Shown: positions 42,288-51,917 of the stretch, piece after piece
Layout of the letters: the number at the start of each line of letters is the position of its first letter
Numbering within the stretch: position 1 is the stretch's first letter
Source of the DNA: a candidate division FCPU426 bacterium
GTDB taxonomy: Bacteria; Oederibacteriota; JAAXVQ01; JAUVAV01
DNA: 64,000 bases
Reading direction: 5' to 3'
NCBI GenBank assembly: GCA_040756875.1
Contig: JBFLYH010000001.1
Location: 1,052,778-1,116,777, forward strand
The notes under the pieces: generated by a model
Told to the model about the DNA's origin: nothing
What the model saw: only the letters and a program-made list of their open reading frames with translations
Database searches by the model: none
Program-made: the position numbers and the translations under genes

Positions 42288-42551
42288 ATGCCGAGAATCA
42301 AGTCATCCATCAAAGACGTGCGTAAAAACCGCGCCCAACGGACGATCAACCGCCAGCGCTTGGCGTCCCTGAAAACCGTTTTGCGCCGGATCCGCGCCAC
42401 CGGGCAGGACCAGCGCCCCGCGGCCATCCGCGAAGCTTATCACGCGATCGACAAAGCCGTCCAGGCCGGACTGATCCACAAGAACGCCGGCGCCCGCTAC
42501 AAGTCGCGCCTCACCAAAGCCCCGGCCGCGGCGGCAACCGCCGCGAAATAA
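42288..42551 (+). CDS. rpsT: 30S ribosomal protein S20
   Basis: MPRIKSSIK...IDKAVQAGLIHKNAGARYKSRL; divergent from murJ. Confidence 0.95.
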   Translation: MPRIKSSIKDVRKNRAQRTINRQRLASLKTVLRRIRATGQDQRPAAIREAYHAIDKAVQAGLIHKNAGARYKSRLTKAPAAAATAAK

Positions 42552-42572
42552 CTTCCCGCCTGTTTCTTTCGC

Positions 42573-43601
42573 TTACCGGAGCTTGGCGCCAGCCAGGCTC
42601 CGGCAAATGCGAAACAGCGCCAGTTGGGCGTGCAGTTCCCAGTGCCCCTTCCCGGTCTTCAGCCGGCTGTCCAGCTTGAACAACTCCTCGAAAATCCCGT
42701 CGAACGCTTCGCGCGAATAAGTGCGGATCTGCGCCAGCAGGTCCTGCCGCGTTTTGGGATGGCGCACGTCCGCCACCACCGCGTCCGGCGTTTCACCCGC
42801 GTCCAGGCGGCGCCGGGCCGCGAGCAGGTTGCGGAAATGCCAGGCCAGGCTGCCGAGAATCTGCGGCGGTTTGATCCCCTCTTCCAGCACCGTTTCCAGC
42901 CGCCGCCAGGCCAGGGACAGGTCCGCCTGGCCCACGGCGTTGTTCAGATCCTGCAGTGTGTCCTCACGCAGGTAGCCGGCCGCAGCTTCCACGTCCTCGG
43001 CCGCAATCGCGGCCTTGGCGCCCACGTAACTGGCCAGTTTGGAAATCTCCTGGGCCAGGTCCTGCAGGTTCTGGCCTGAACGCCCGATCAGGAGGCGCAC
43101 GGCTTCGGCCGAGATGGCCTTGCCGTGTTCGCGGCAGCGGCGCTCCACCCAGCCCGGAACCTGCTGGTCAAAGAGCGGGTAGCATTCCACGTGGTAGAGC
43201 TTATCGGCCGCGCTCTTCCAATACGCCTGCGTAAGCCGTTCATCCTGGGAGACCAGGATCAGCACCGTGGCCGGCGAAGGGCGCGCGAGGTATTCCTCCA
43301 GGGCTTTCACGTCCGCGGCGTGCCATTTCTCGGCCTGGCGGACCACCAGCACCCGGTGTTCGGCCAGGAACGGCAGGGTCAGGGCGCGTTCAAGCACCTC
43401 CCGGCCGGAGACGTCGCTGCCCGCGTATACGGTTTCCAGGTTCAGGCTGCGGTCGCCGCCGGCTAGGGCCCGGTCCACGAGCGCGGTTGCGCCTTCTTCC
43501 TTGAGGAAGGCCTCGGCGCCGGTGAAGAGGTAGGCCGGCCGCAGGGCTTCCTGGTCCAGTCCACGGCGGAACTCGGAATAATAAATGCGTTTCTTGGCCA
43601 C
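42573..43601 (-). CDS. holA: DNA polymerase III delta subunit
   Basis: YLFTGAEAF, LPFLAEHRVLVV, QEISKL, LKTG; leuS-lptE-holA synteny. Confidence 0.9.
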   Translation of the reverse strand: MAKKRIYYSEFRRGLDQEALRPAYLFTGAEAFLKEEGATALVDRALAGGDRSLNLETVYAGSDVSGREVLERALTLPFLAEHRVLVVRQAEKWHAADVKALEEYLARPSPATVLILVSQDERLTQAYWKSAADKLYHVECYPLFDQQVPGWVERRCREHGKAISAEAVRLLIGRSGQNLQDLAQEISKLASYVGAKAAIAAEDVEAAAGYLREDTLQDLNNAVGQADLSLAWRRLETVLEEGIKPPQILGSLAWHFRNLLAARRRLDAGETPDAVVADVRHPKTRQDLLAQIRTYSREAFDGIFEELFKLDSRLKTGKGHWELHAQLALFRICRSLAGAKLR

Positions 43602-44117
43602 TCAGAACCCTTCGATCACCCGCGACAGGATGCGGCGGGAAAGCTGCTGCATGAGGCGCCGCCGGGCCGCGCCCTCGTCCTCGGGCGGGATGCCGAGGTT
43701 GTTGTTCACGTAGTAGGTGGTGCTTTCCTCGAAGGCGTCCTCGGTCCAGAGGTTTTGGCCGGCTTTGGTGTCCTTGAGGGACAGGTTGAGGATGATGCGC
43801 ATCTTGTACTGCTGCGGAATGTTGTGCACGTCCAGGAGCAGCGGCTCCAGCACGTAGCGCGTGATGGTCCCCTGGAGCACCGCGTTGGCCTGGCTGGGAT
43901 CGGTCAGCTCCAGGCGTCCGTCCACCAGGAAATCCTGCTGCAGTTGCCGCGTCAGCTCGTTCTCGATGTCCGGCTGGGGCGTGCGGTTTTGGAAGACCGG
44001 AATGGCCAGCTTGCTCATGTAATCCGGCAGTCCGGGCCTCAGGGCCACGTCCGTGCAGCCGGCTATAATCATTGCTATGCTCATTACCGAAATTATAAAC
44101 GTCATTCTTTTAATCAT
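43602..44117 (-). CDS. lptE: LptE-family LPS assembly lipoprotein
   Basis: Lipobox IAGC, IPVFQNRT, VLQGTIT; between leuS and holA. Confidence 0.8.
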   Translation of the reverse strand: MIKRMTFIISVMSIAMIIAGCTDVALRPGLPDYMSKLAIPVFQNRTPQPDIENELTRQLQQDFLVDGRLELTDPSQANAVLQGTITRYVLEPLLLDVHNIPQQYKMRIILNLSLKDTKAGQNLWTEDAFEESTTYYVNNNLGIPPEDEGAARRRLMQQLSRRILSRVIEGF

Positions 44118-44183
44118 TTTACACCTCCGGCATCACCGAAAAGGATGATTGAGCATTTAAAACAGCCCGGCAGAATAATTATT

Positions 44184-44278
44184 CCCCTCCCCAGGATGTG
44201 GCGGGAGGGGATTCAGGGGAGGGGGTTGACAACCGGATCTCCCCCCTCTCCATTATCCTCTCCCACCAGGGGAGAGGA
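44184..44278. repeat. Inverted doublet of CCCTC(T)CCC-hairpin repeats (no gene inside)
   Basis: 44184-44225 and 44241-44278 resemble the DUF559 flanks. Confidence 0.7.
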
Positions 44279-44291
44279 ATGAATATCTAAA

Positions 44292-44317
44292 TAGGGGCGT
44301 TCAATTGAACGCCCCTA
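44292..44317. repeat. Perfect 26-bp palindrome TAGGGGCGTTCAATTGAACGCCCCTA (REP-like) after leuS
   Basis: Self-complementary; resembles GTAG-type REP ends. Confidence 0.75.
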
Positions 44318-44322
44318 CAGAT

Positions 44323-46797
44323 TTAAAACACCACGTTCACCAGCTTGTCCGGCACCACGATCACTTTTTTCGGTTTCCGGCCCTCGGCCAGGGCCGCCAC
44401 GCGTTCGTCCGCCAGGGCCAGCCGCTCCACCTCGGCGGAAGGCGTCCGGGGCGGAAGTTCCAGGCGGCTGCGCACCTTGCCGTTGACCTGGACCACCACG
44501 GTCACCAGTTCCTCGGCCGCAATGGCCTGGTCATGGCGCGGCCAGGGCTGTTTGAACACGCTCTCCGCGCCGCCCAGCATGGCCCACAGTTCCTCGCCCA
44601 GATGCGGGAAGAACGGCGCAGCCAGGCGCGCCAGGGCGTCCAGGGACTCCCGCATCACGGCCGGGTGCGGCGCGCCGGCTGCGCCGGGCTCCGGCAGGCC
44701 GGTCAGCGCGTTGACCAGCTCCATCATGGCCGCGATGGCGGTGTTGAATTTGAAATCCTGGTCCAGGTCCTCGGTGATGCGGCGGATGGTCTGGTGGGTC
44801 TTGCGCCGCAGCTGACGGTCCGTTTCGCCCAGGTCCGCCGGGATGGCCGCTCCGGCAGGCCGCACGGCCTCCTGCCAGCGCTGGTAAAACAAATACACCC
44901 GGCGCAGGAAGCGGAAGATGCCTTCCACGCCCTGGTCCACCCATTCCAGCTCGCGTTCCGGCGGGGCGGCGAACAGGATGAACCCGCGCGTGGTGTCGAT
45001 GCCGAAGCGCCCCACCATTTCGTCCGCGGCCACGGTGTTGCCCTTGGACTTGGACATCACCTGCCCGTCCTTGAGCACCATGCCCTGGGTGAACAAGGCC
45101 GCGAACGGCTCGTCGAACGGCAGCAGGCCGCGGTCGTGCAGGAACTTGGTGAAGAAGCGCGAATACAGCAGGTGGAGGATGGCATGCTCGATGCCGCCGA
45201 TGTACTGGTCCACGGGCATCCAGTAGTTCACGGCCGTGGGATCAAAGACCCGGTTCGCGTCGCGGGGCGACGCGTAACGCAGGTAGTACCAGGATGAGTC
45301 GATGAAGGTGTCCATGGTGTCGGTCTCGCGCCGGGCCGGCTGGCCGCAGCGCGGGCACGGGACCTTGACGAAGGCCTCGGAGGATTCGAGCATGCCCGAG
45401 GCCTGGTACGTCAGGTCCAGGGGCAGGGTCACGGGCAGCTGGTCCTCAGGCACGGGCACCTGCCCGCACTTTTGGCAATAGACGATGGGAATCGGGCAGC
45501 CCCAGTAGCGCTGGCGGGAGATCAGCCAGTCGCGCAGGCGGAAGTTGACCACGCGGCGGCCGATCCCCTGCTGCTCCATCCATTCCGCGATCTTGGTCAT
45601 GGCCGCGCGGTTGGGCAGGCCGTCGAAGGCGCCGCTCCGCACCTGCACGCCGTCCGCCACGAAGGCCTCGGTCATGCCGGCCGGATCGAGGTCGCGGTCT
45701 TCGGGCCGGATGACGACCTTGACCGGCAGGCCATGCGCCCGGGCGAAATCGAAATCGCGCTGGTCGTGCGCGGGCACGGCCATGATCGCGCCCGTGCCGT
45801 ATTCCATCAGCACGTAGTCCGCGGCATAGACCGGGATTTTTTCGCCGGTGGCCGGATTGATGGCGCGCAGGCCCGTGTCCATGCCTTGCTTGGGCTTGGC
45901 GGTCGAGGCGCGCTCGATCTCGCTCTCCAGCTTCACTTTCTCCGCGAACTCCGCCACCAGCGTGCCTTCGGGCTTGCAGGCCAGGAGCTCGGTCAGGATC
46001 GGGTGCTCAGGCGCCACGGACACGTAAGTCACGCCGAACACGGTGTCGATGCGGGTGGTGAACACTTCGAGGTCCCGCTGGGTGCCGTCGATGCGCAGCT
46101 TGAATTCCACGCCCTCGGAGCGGCCGATCCAGTTTTCCTGCATGGTGCGCACGCGCTCCGGCCACTTCTTCAGCTTGGCCAGGTCGTCGAGCAGGCGCTG
46201 GGCGTAATCTGTGATCTTGAGGTACCACTGTTCCAGGTCCCGCTTCCCCACCGGCTGCTTGCAGCGCCAGCAGGCGCCCTCGATCACCTGCTCATTGGCC
46301 AAGACGGTCTTGCACGTGTCGCACCAGTTGACCGGGTTCTTTTTTTTGTACGCCAGTCCGGCCTGGTAAAACTGCAGGAACAGCCACTGCGTCCAGCGGT
46401 AGTATTCGGGGTCGCAGGTGGCCAGTTCCCGGCTCCAGTCGTAGATCAGGTCCAAGGCTTTGAGCTGGCGGGTCATGACCGCGATGTTGTTGCGGGTGTA
46501 CTCGTGGGGATGGATGCCGTTCTTGATGGCTGCGTTCTCGGCCGGCAGGCCGAAAGCGTCCCAGCCCATGGGCGAGAGCACGTTGAACCCCTGCATCAGC
46601 TTGTAGCGGACGATCACGTCTCCGATGGTGTAGTTGCGCACGTGCCCCATGTGCAGGTTGGAGCCCGAGGGGTAAGGAAACATGACCAGGCAATAGTACT
46701 TCGGCTTGGCGGGGTCCTCCTGGACCCGGCCCAGGCCGGATTCATTCCATTTGAGGTGCCATTTTTCCTCGATGGCTTGAAAAGGATATTCTTCCAC
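44323..46797 (-). CDS. leuS: Leucine--tRNA ligase
   Basis: MFPYPSG..HMGH, editing domain ([16 protein letters not shown]), [19 protein letters not shown]. Confidence 0.98.
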   Translation of the reverse strand: MEEYPFQAIEEKWHLKWNESGLGRVQEDPAKPKYYCLVMFPYPSGSNLHMGHVRNYTIGDVIVRYKLMQGFNVLSPMGWDAFGLPAENAAIKNGIHPHEYTRNNIAVMTRQLKALDLIYDWSRELATCDPEYYRWTQWLFLQFYQAGLAYKKKNPVNWCDTCKTVLANEQVIEGACWRCKQPVGKRDLEQWYLKITDYAQRLLDDLAKLKKWPERVRTMQENWIGRSEGVEFKLRIDGTQRDLEVFTTRIDTVFGVTYVSVAPEHPILTELLACKPEGTLVAEFAEKVKLESEIERASTAKPKQGMDTGLRAINPATGEKIPVYAADYVLMEYGTGAIMAVPAHDQRDFDFARAHGLPVKVVIRPEDRDLDPAGMTEAFVADGVQVRSGAFDGLPNRAAMTKIAEWMEQQGIGRRVVNFRLRDWLISRQRYWGCPIPIVYCQKCGQVPVPEDQLPVTLPLDLTYQASGMLESSEAFVKVPCPRCGQPARRETDTMDTFIDSSWYYLRYASPRDANRVFDPTAVNYWMPVDQYIGGIEHAILHLLYSRFFTKFLHDRGLLPFDEPFAALFTQGMVLKDGQVMSKSKGNTVAADEMVGRFGIDTTRGFILFAAPPERELEWVDQGVEGIFRFLRRVYLFYQRWQEAVRPAGAAIPADLGETDRQLRRKTHQTIRRITEDLDQDFKFNTAIAAMMELVNALTGLPEPGAAGAPHPAVMRESLDALARLAAPFFPHLGEELWAMLGGAESVFKQPWPRHDQAIAAEELVTVVVQVNGKVRSRLELPPRTPSAEVERLALADERVAALAEGRKPKKVIVVPDKLVNVVF

Positions 46798-46808
46798 AAA
46801 ATACTCCT

Positions 46809-47046
46809 CTGGAGCCCCCCGGCCGAATCATCGTAATCCCTTTTACAAAGAAGGCCGGGGTACCCCTGCTGAACTTGGCAGACCCTAACTCCGCAAGGCG
46901 ACCGAAGGTCGTACCTTATTTATCCGGTCGGCGCGACCGAAGGAAGTGCCATCCTTTTAATATCTATCCGGTCGGCGCGACATCCCCGACACAGGAAGCG
47001 CCTATGTTCTCTGTTTGAGAACGTTGATTCCCTGCGTCGGAGACAG
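46809..47046 (-). other. Structured element in the leuS 5' leader (repeat or candidate ncRNA)
   Basis: Several hairpins with G-U pairs on the minus strand; 17-bp direct repeat at 46921-46937 and 46965-46981; homologous blocks inside recG. Confidence 0.6.
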
Positions 47047-47071
47047 TGAAAAGCCCTTTAAAATCTGCCGG

Positions 47072-47101
47072 ATTATAGCACAGGCAAAAAGCGAGGGTCA
47101 A
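47072..47101 (-). promoter_or_regulatory. leuS operon promoter
   Basis: TTGACC-18 nt-TATAAT with extended TG. Confidence 0.75.
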
Positions 47102-47122
47102 ACGATTAATCTTTTTGGAAAT

Positions 47123-47264
47123 CCCCTCTCCCCAACGGAGTTGCGGGAGAGGGTGAGGGTGAGGGGTCCAACAATATTCCTTTCGTTTAAAAAGGGTGCC
47201 GCCCCCTCCTCTATCCCCCTTGTGCCCGGTTTTTGGGTATCCCACCAAGAATCCAGGGGAGGGG
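47123..47264. repeat. CCCTCTCCC-hairpin repeat doublet
   Basis: CCCCTCTCCC...GGGAGAGGGTGAGGGTGAGGGG followed by a degenerate inverted partner. Confidence 0.7.
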
Positions 47265-47285
47265 AATTCAAGTGGAAAGGATTAT

Positions 47286-48200
47286 TTAAAGTATCAGCGA
47301 CAGGGACACCTTATGGGTGTTGCTTAATTCCTGAGCCAGGCCGAAAGCATAGTCAAACTGCAGAAACTGGTAGTGCGCGCCGAAACCCGCGGTCAGACCT
47401 TCCAGGTCCGACCCGGTTTTATAGCCCAGCCGCAGGGCCAGAAAGCCCGCGTACCAGTATTCAGCGCCCAGGTTCAGGCTGAAATCCTGGTCATTGGCCT
47501 TGACCAAATCCACGGCCAGCAAGCCGGCATGATCTTCGGCCAAATCGACCTGGTATCCCGCGCCCAGGCGAGCGGTCAGGGGCAGCGGATCGCCTTCCTC
47601 CTGGTATTTGATCTCCGTGCCCGCGTTTTGCAGCACCACGCCCACGGTCAGCTGCTCGTTGATCGTCAGCAGCGCGCCCAGATCCGCGGCCACGGCCATG
47701 GCGGACACTTCCTCGGCCAGCGTGCTGTTCAACATTTTTACTGCCAGCCCCAACCCCAGGGCAGGGGTCAGATTCGCGCCAAAACCCGCGCTAAACGCCA
47801 CATCGCTTTGGGACTGCACCTGTTTGAGCGTGCCGTCCGGGTTGTCCAGATCGACCATACCCCCTTGCAGGAGCGACAAGCCCAGGCTGATGGTGCCCAG
47901 GTTATTCAAGCAATAACTGGCCAGTATTTGTTCATAGGCTGATTCCGCCAAACCGGCCTGGTAGGTGGCATTGGCCTGCAGGCCTGTCACCTGGCTCAAG
48001 CCCCCTGGGTTCCAAAACAAAGCCGTGGCATCGTCCGCCACGCCGGCAAACGCCTCGCCCATGCCCAGCGCCCTCGCGCCCACGGCCTGCCGCAGCAGGA
48101 TGCCGCCCGAAGTCCCTGCGCCTGAGGCCGGTTGTAGTGTCATGATCACCAGCATGCCGAATAAAACAGATGTTAGGTACCAAGAGGCGCGGGTTGTCAT
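47286..48200 (-). CDS. PorV/PorQ-like (UPF0164) outer-membrane beta-barrel protein
   Basis: Signal peptide; GARALGMGEAFAGVADDATALFWNPGGL; amphipathic strands, FDYAF...HKVSL. Confidence 0.85.
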   Translation of the reverse strand: MTTRASWYLTSVLFGMLVIMTLQPASGAGTSGGILLRQAVGARALGMGEAFAGVADDATALFWNPGGLSQVTGLQANATYQAGLAESAYEQILASYCLNNLGTISLGLSLLQGGMVDLDNPDGTLKQVQSQSDVAFSAGFGANLTPALGLGLAVKMLNSTLAEEVSAMAVAADLGALLTINEQLTVGVVLQNAGTEIKYQEEGDPLPLTARLGAGYQVDLAEDHAGLLAVDLVKANDQDFSLNLGAEYWYAGFLALRLGYKTGSDLEGLTAGFGAHYQFLQFDYAFGLAQELSNTHKVSLSLIL

Positions 48201-50194
48201 TTAATCACCACCACTTTCTGGGTCTTGTCGATCCCCGGCGACTTCACACGGATAAGGTAGACGCCGCTGGCGACCCTGGCGCCATTCTCGTTGACCGCCG
48301 CCCACTCCCACGTGTAATTCCCTGCGGCCAGGTACCCATCAGACAGCACTTTTACCAGGTTCCCCTGCAGCGAGTAAATCTTGACTGAAGCCGAACCAGC
48401 CTGCGCCATAGCCAGATGAATGGCCGCCTGGCCGCCTTTCAGCGGTTCGATCTTGCGGTTGCTGACGGTCAAGGTGTTTACAGCCGGCACGGCGGCAGCC
48501 GGACTATAATGGTAACGGACCGACATCGTGGTGCCGGGCTGTTCCACCTGATAACAAGAGGCGTCCAGACGGTTTTTCGAGCCGTCGTTTTGCCTCCAGA
48601 CACTCATCGCTTCACCGGCGCTGTTGATGGCGACCGTGGGCATGTCGGCATCAAACCCCAAACCGGCATCCAGTATCCGGGCGCTCGACCAACCATTGGC
48701 AAAGTGATTGACATAAATCCGGGACGCGCTGCCGTCATTCTGCCGGAAAACGCAGATGCCCTGTCCTTGGTCATTGAGAACCAGACGTTCATCGTAAGTA
48801 TTGTAAGGATTGAATGAATCAATATACACGGGACTGGACCATCCCGTGCCAACGGCATACTGGCGCGCAAGGAGCCGATAATTGCTGCCGCCAACATATG
48901 TATATACAGCCAGGGCTGTCCCGGCCTGGTTGAACGCCAGCGTCCCCCCCAAAACACCAGTCGAATTGACATAGAGGTCAACCGGGGTGTTCCAGCCTGT
49001 TCCGGGAATATATTCGACGGCTTGAATGCTGTAAAGCGGCGTGGCGTCAGCCGTTCCTATGAGGCAGAGCGCGCGACCGGTATTGTTCATCGCCAGTCCA
49101 AAAGAATCGATATAGGTCGCCGTCCCTTCGTCGATCGGCGCCGGGGACTGCCAGCCCGCACCTGGAACGTATTCAACGGCATGGACTCTCGGCGTGGCTG
49201 CCTGCCGGGCATAGACGCAGAAGGCCTGGCCCGAGCTGTTCATGGCCACCCTGGGATTGAGGTTATCGACCGCGTTGCCGGCGTCAATGGTCACGGCGCC
49301 GTACCAACCGTCCGTGACTGTATATTCATTGGCATAAACCCGCCAGTTGCTGCTGCCGTCTTGCTGTTCAAAGACGCAAATGGCCTTGCCGTTGATCATG
49401 GCCACCGCAGCATTCTCCGTTGGCTGGTCTTGGCCCGAATCAATCAGCCTCGGCCCTTGCCAGCCTGCTCCCGGAACATAAAGGTTGGCGTACATCCGGT
49501 AATTCGTGCTAAACGTGTCTTGCCGGAAAACGCACATGACCCGGCCCTGGCTGTCCATGGCCAACGCCGGATTGGCGGCGTGCATGGTGGGCACGGAGTT
49601 CGCGACCGAATCGATCAGCACGGGCCCCTGCCAGCCCAACCCCGGAATATAATGGTTGGCGAAAACGCGGGTATGGCTCTCATAGGTCTGCCAGAAAGCC
49701 GCAACCGCGCTGCCGTCGGCATGCATGACCACGGGCATTTGCGTATCGCTTTGCCCCCCGGGCGCCACATCGATGAATCCCATGCGGTTCCAGGTGGGCG
49801 CCGCGAATTTAAAGCGGCCGCTGGCCGGGTCCACGGCCACGGTGCCGGGCGTCGGAAACGAAACGCTGGTCCAGGAATACCCGGACAGGTCCGCGCCGAG
49901 CACCTGCAGGTTTTTCTCGGCCACCCAGTCCTGGCTGTCGTTGAAGATTTGAAACGATGTTCCGTAGGCCAGGGGCATGCCGTTGATTGTCAACGCCGTG
50001 CCGTCGGGCTTGGTCATTTGGAAATTCACATTGCCGGAATTGAAATGGAAGGTGGTGGACAGACTATCGCCGCCGTTGCCCGGGACGACGCCGGAAACCT
50101 CCACTGCCCCGGCCTGTCCCCAGGCGCACACGACGGCCATCAGCCCCAGTGCGCCATAAACCGCCAATCCTTTCCCTGCCCGCTTTATTCCCAT
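48197..50194 (-). CDS. Secreted 8-repeat beta-propeller protein with C-terminal FlgD-Ig/T9SS-like sorting domain
   Basis: Signal peptide; eight ~50-aa WxxPxxID...AM...G...RxYAN.Y..G.G repeats; C-terminal KIYSLQGNLVK...VASGVYLI...KVVVIK. Confidence 0.8.
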   Translation of the reverse strand: MGIKRAGKGLAVYGALGLMAVVCAWGQAGAVEVSGVVPGNGGDSLSTTFHFNSGNVNFQMTKPDGTALTINGMPLAYGTSFQIFNDSQDWVAEKNLQVLGADLSGYSWTSVSFPTPGTVAVDPASGRFKFAAPTWNRMGFIDVAPGGQSDTQMPVVMHADGSAVAAFWQTYESHTRVFANHYIPGLGWQGPVLIDSVANSVPTMHAANPALAMDSQGRVMCVFRQDTFSTNYRMYANLYVPGAGWQGPRLIDSGQDQPTENAAVAMINGKAICVFEQQDGSSNWRVYANEYTVTDGWYGAVTIDAGNAVDNLNPRVAMNSSGQAFCVYARQAATPRVHAVEYVPGAGWQSPAPIDEGTATYIDSFGLAMNNTGRALCLIGTADATPLYSIQAVEYIPGTGWNTPVDLYVNSTGVLGGTLAFNQAGTALAVYTYVGGSNYRLLARQYAVGTGWSSPVYIDSFNPYNTYDERLVLNDQGQGICVFRQNDGSASRIYVNHFANGWSSARILDAGLGFDADMPTVAINSAGEAMSVWRQNDGSKNRLDASCYQVEQPGTTMSVRYHYSPAAAVPAVNTLTVSNRKIEPLKGGQAAIHLAMAQAGSASVKIYSLQGNLVKVLSDGYLAAGNYTWEWAAVNENGARVASGVYLIRVKSPGIDKTQKVVVIK

Positions 50195-50727
50195 TTGATC
50201 CGCCACCGCCATTCCTGGGGATTGTCAGGAACGTGCTGGACCCGGACGTTCTTCGCACCAGCGTATTCCATGATGCTGCAAATGTTGCCGCTGATCACCT
50301 CGCGCATGGCCGGAGGAAGATCCGGAAAGCGCTTGACGGCAAACAGGATTTCCTGGTTTCCGGTTTTTTCGGCCGTGGCCTGGCCGGTGTCGAAGTAAGT
50401 GCCCCAAACCTTGGCCGCCAGGCTGACGACGATCGGGATGGAGGGGATCCGCAGGAAGAACTTGTACACGCCGGAGTAGCTCTTGTCCGCCATGGCCCGG
50501 CCCAGCCGCTGCATCCGGTCCGGCGCGCCGGGAAACAGGGACTCGGCGGCTTTTTCATACAGGCGGGTCTGCTGGTCCACGGGCGACCAAGTGGAATAAA
50601 GCGTGGCTTGGTACATGCTCCGCAACTCCGGCGGCAGCCCGTCGAGAAACGCCCCCTCCACGGCCTGCCCCTGTTCCGCGAAAAGTTTGCGCAGCGCCAC
50701 AATGTCCGTGCCCTTGATGCTTCCCAC
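50185..50727 (-). CDS. Hypothetical protein, DUF2378/TIGR02265-like, paralog 2
   Basis: IKGTDIVALRK...WSP...LGRAMA...WGTYFDTG; similar to the adjacent gene. Confidence 0.7.
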   Translation of the reverse strand: MGSIKGTDIVALRKLFAEQGQAVEGAFLDGLPPELRSMYQATLYSTWSPVDQQTRLYEKAAESLFPGAPDRMQRLGRAMADKSYSGVYKFFLRIPSIPIVVSLAAKVWGTYFDTGQATAEKTGNQEILFAVKRFPDLPPAMREVISGNICSIMEYAGAKNVRVQHVPDNPQEWRWRIKWE

Positions 50728-50751
50728 GGTGACGGCCAGCCTCCGGCTGGA

Positions 50752-51294
50752 TTATTCCCAGGACAGTTTCCACTCCCAGGCTTCGGGGTCGTCGTCGCAG
50801 GTCTGAATCTGCACGTTTTTGGCCCCGGCCATGCCCATAATCGCCTGGATGTTCCCCGCGATCACTTCCCGCATTTTGCGCGGCAGCGAGGGAAAATGGC
50901 GCACGACGAAGCTCGTGTGCTTGCCTCCCAAATTCCGGGCTTCCGCCTCGCCGGCGTCGAAGTACGAACGCCACACCGAGGCGGCGCGGGAAATCACGAA
51001 CTCCATGGTGGGAATCCTCAGGAACAGTTTGTAAACCGTGGAATAACTGCGGTTCGCCATGTCCTGCCCCAGGCGGACCATGCGGTTGGGATCGTTCGGA
51101 TACAGCAGCTCGGCCGCGCGGACGTAGAGGTCGGTTTGCAGGGGCACGGGCGACAGGGTGGTGGAAACCGCGTTCTCGTACAACCGGCGCTGTTCGGGCG
51201 AAAGCCGGTCCAGCAGCTTCTGCTCGGTTCCCGGGCCGGCGCCGGCCAAAATTTTACGCAGCGCCACGATGTCCGTACCTTTGATGTTCGCCAT
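50752..51294 (-). CDS. Hypothetical protein, DUF2378/TIGR02265-like, paralog 1
   Basis: Same length (180 aa) and colinear with paralog 2. Confidence 0.7.
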   Translation of the reverse strand: MANIKGTDIVALRKILAGAGPGTEQKLLDRLSPEQRRLYENAVSTTLSPVPLQTDLYVRAAELLYPNDPNRMVRLGQDMANRSYSTVYKLFLRIPTMEFVISRAASVWRSYFDAGEAEARNLGGKHTSFVVRHFPSLPRKMREVIAGNIQAIMGMAGAKNVQIQTCDDDPEAWEWKLSWE

Positions 51295-51300
51295 GGGTTC

Positions 51301-51759
51301 CTATATATACAACCGGGAAGTGGTCTTGAGCAGCCGGTTGTCGAGCAAAAACTGCCGGAAGCGTCTGCGGCTTTCCTGATCCAGGTCGAGGAACTGGATG
51401 CCCAGCCGGTATTTTTTCTTGTGATCAGTAGGCCGGCAATACACCACGCGGGACAAAATGGAGGTGGGATCGCCTTGGGACTTGGAGAACGCGCGGACCG
51501 CGTCGAGGGCGTTCTTTTTCCGGCCGCGGGGAATGACCAGGCTCAACACCAGCATCTGGCCCTGTTTAAGCTTGGTCAGCGAGTGCATTCCCAGCCCGCC
51601 GGCGCTCAGGTCATCGCTGCGGCTGCGGCGCAGGGGGGATATTTTTCCCCGTTCTACACTGCGAAAATTGACCGCCATTTTCAGGGGTTGGCGGCTGTAC
51701 CGCCGCCGGTCGGAGGCATCGGTCTTGCGTTTGACGACTGGTGGCATGCTCCCCTCCAT
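51301..51759 (-). CDS. PilZ domain protein
   Basis: RRYSR (RxxxR) and DLSAGG (DxSxxG); GIQF. Confidence 0.85.
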   Translation of the reverse strand: MEGSMPPVVKRKTDASDRRRYSRQPLKMAVNFRSVERGKISPLRRSRSDDLSAGGLGMHSLTKLKQGQMLVLSLVIPRGRKKNALDAVRAFSKSQGDPTSILSRVVYCRPTDHKKKYRLGIQFLDLDQESRRRFRQFLLDNRLLKTTSRLYI

Positions 51760-51767
51760 TTGATTTC

Positions 51768-51861
51768 ACCACGAAGGCACGAAGAATGCCTGCCTAAGCC
51801 CAGGTCCAGTCTTTGACCCAGGTCATGCTTTTCTTCGTGCCCTTCCTTTACACTTCGTGGT
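51768..51861. repeat. CACGAAG-family palindromic element
   Basis: ACCACGAAGGCACGAAG...CTTCGTGC...CTTCGTGGT. Confidence 0.8.
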
Positions 51862-51917
51862 CCCGGTTGATTGGCTATAGAAAATTCTATTGGACCTGTT
51901 CCCCAAAGGCAAGCGCT

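Noticed and set aside
46809-47046. T-box riboswitch, 6S RNA or tmRNA call
   Set aside because: Lacks UGGNACC and other hallmark motifs; homology to the recG insert favours a dispersed element
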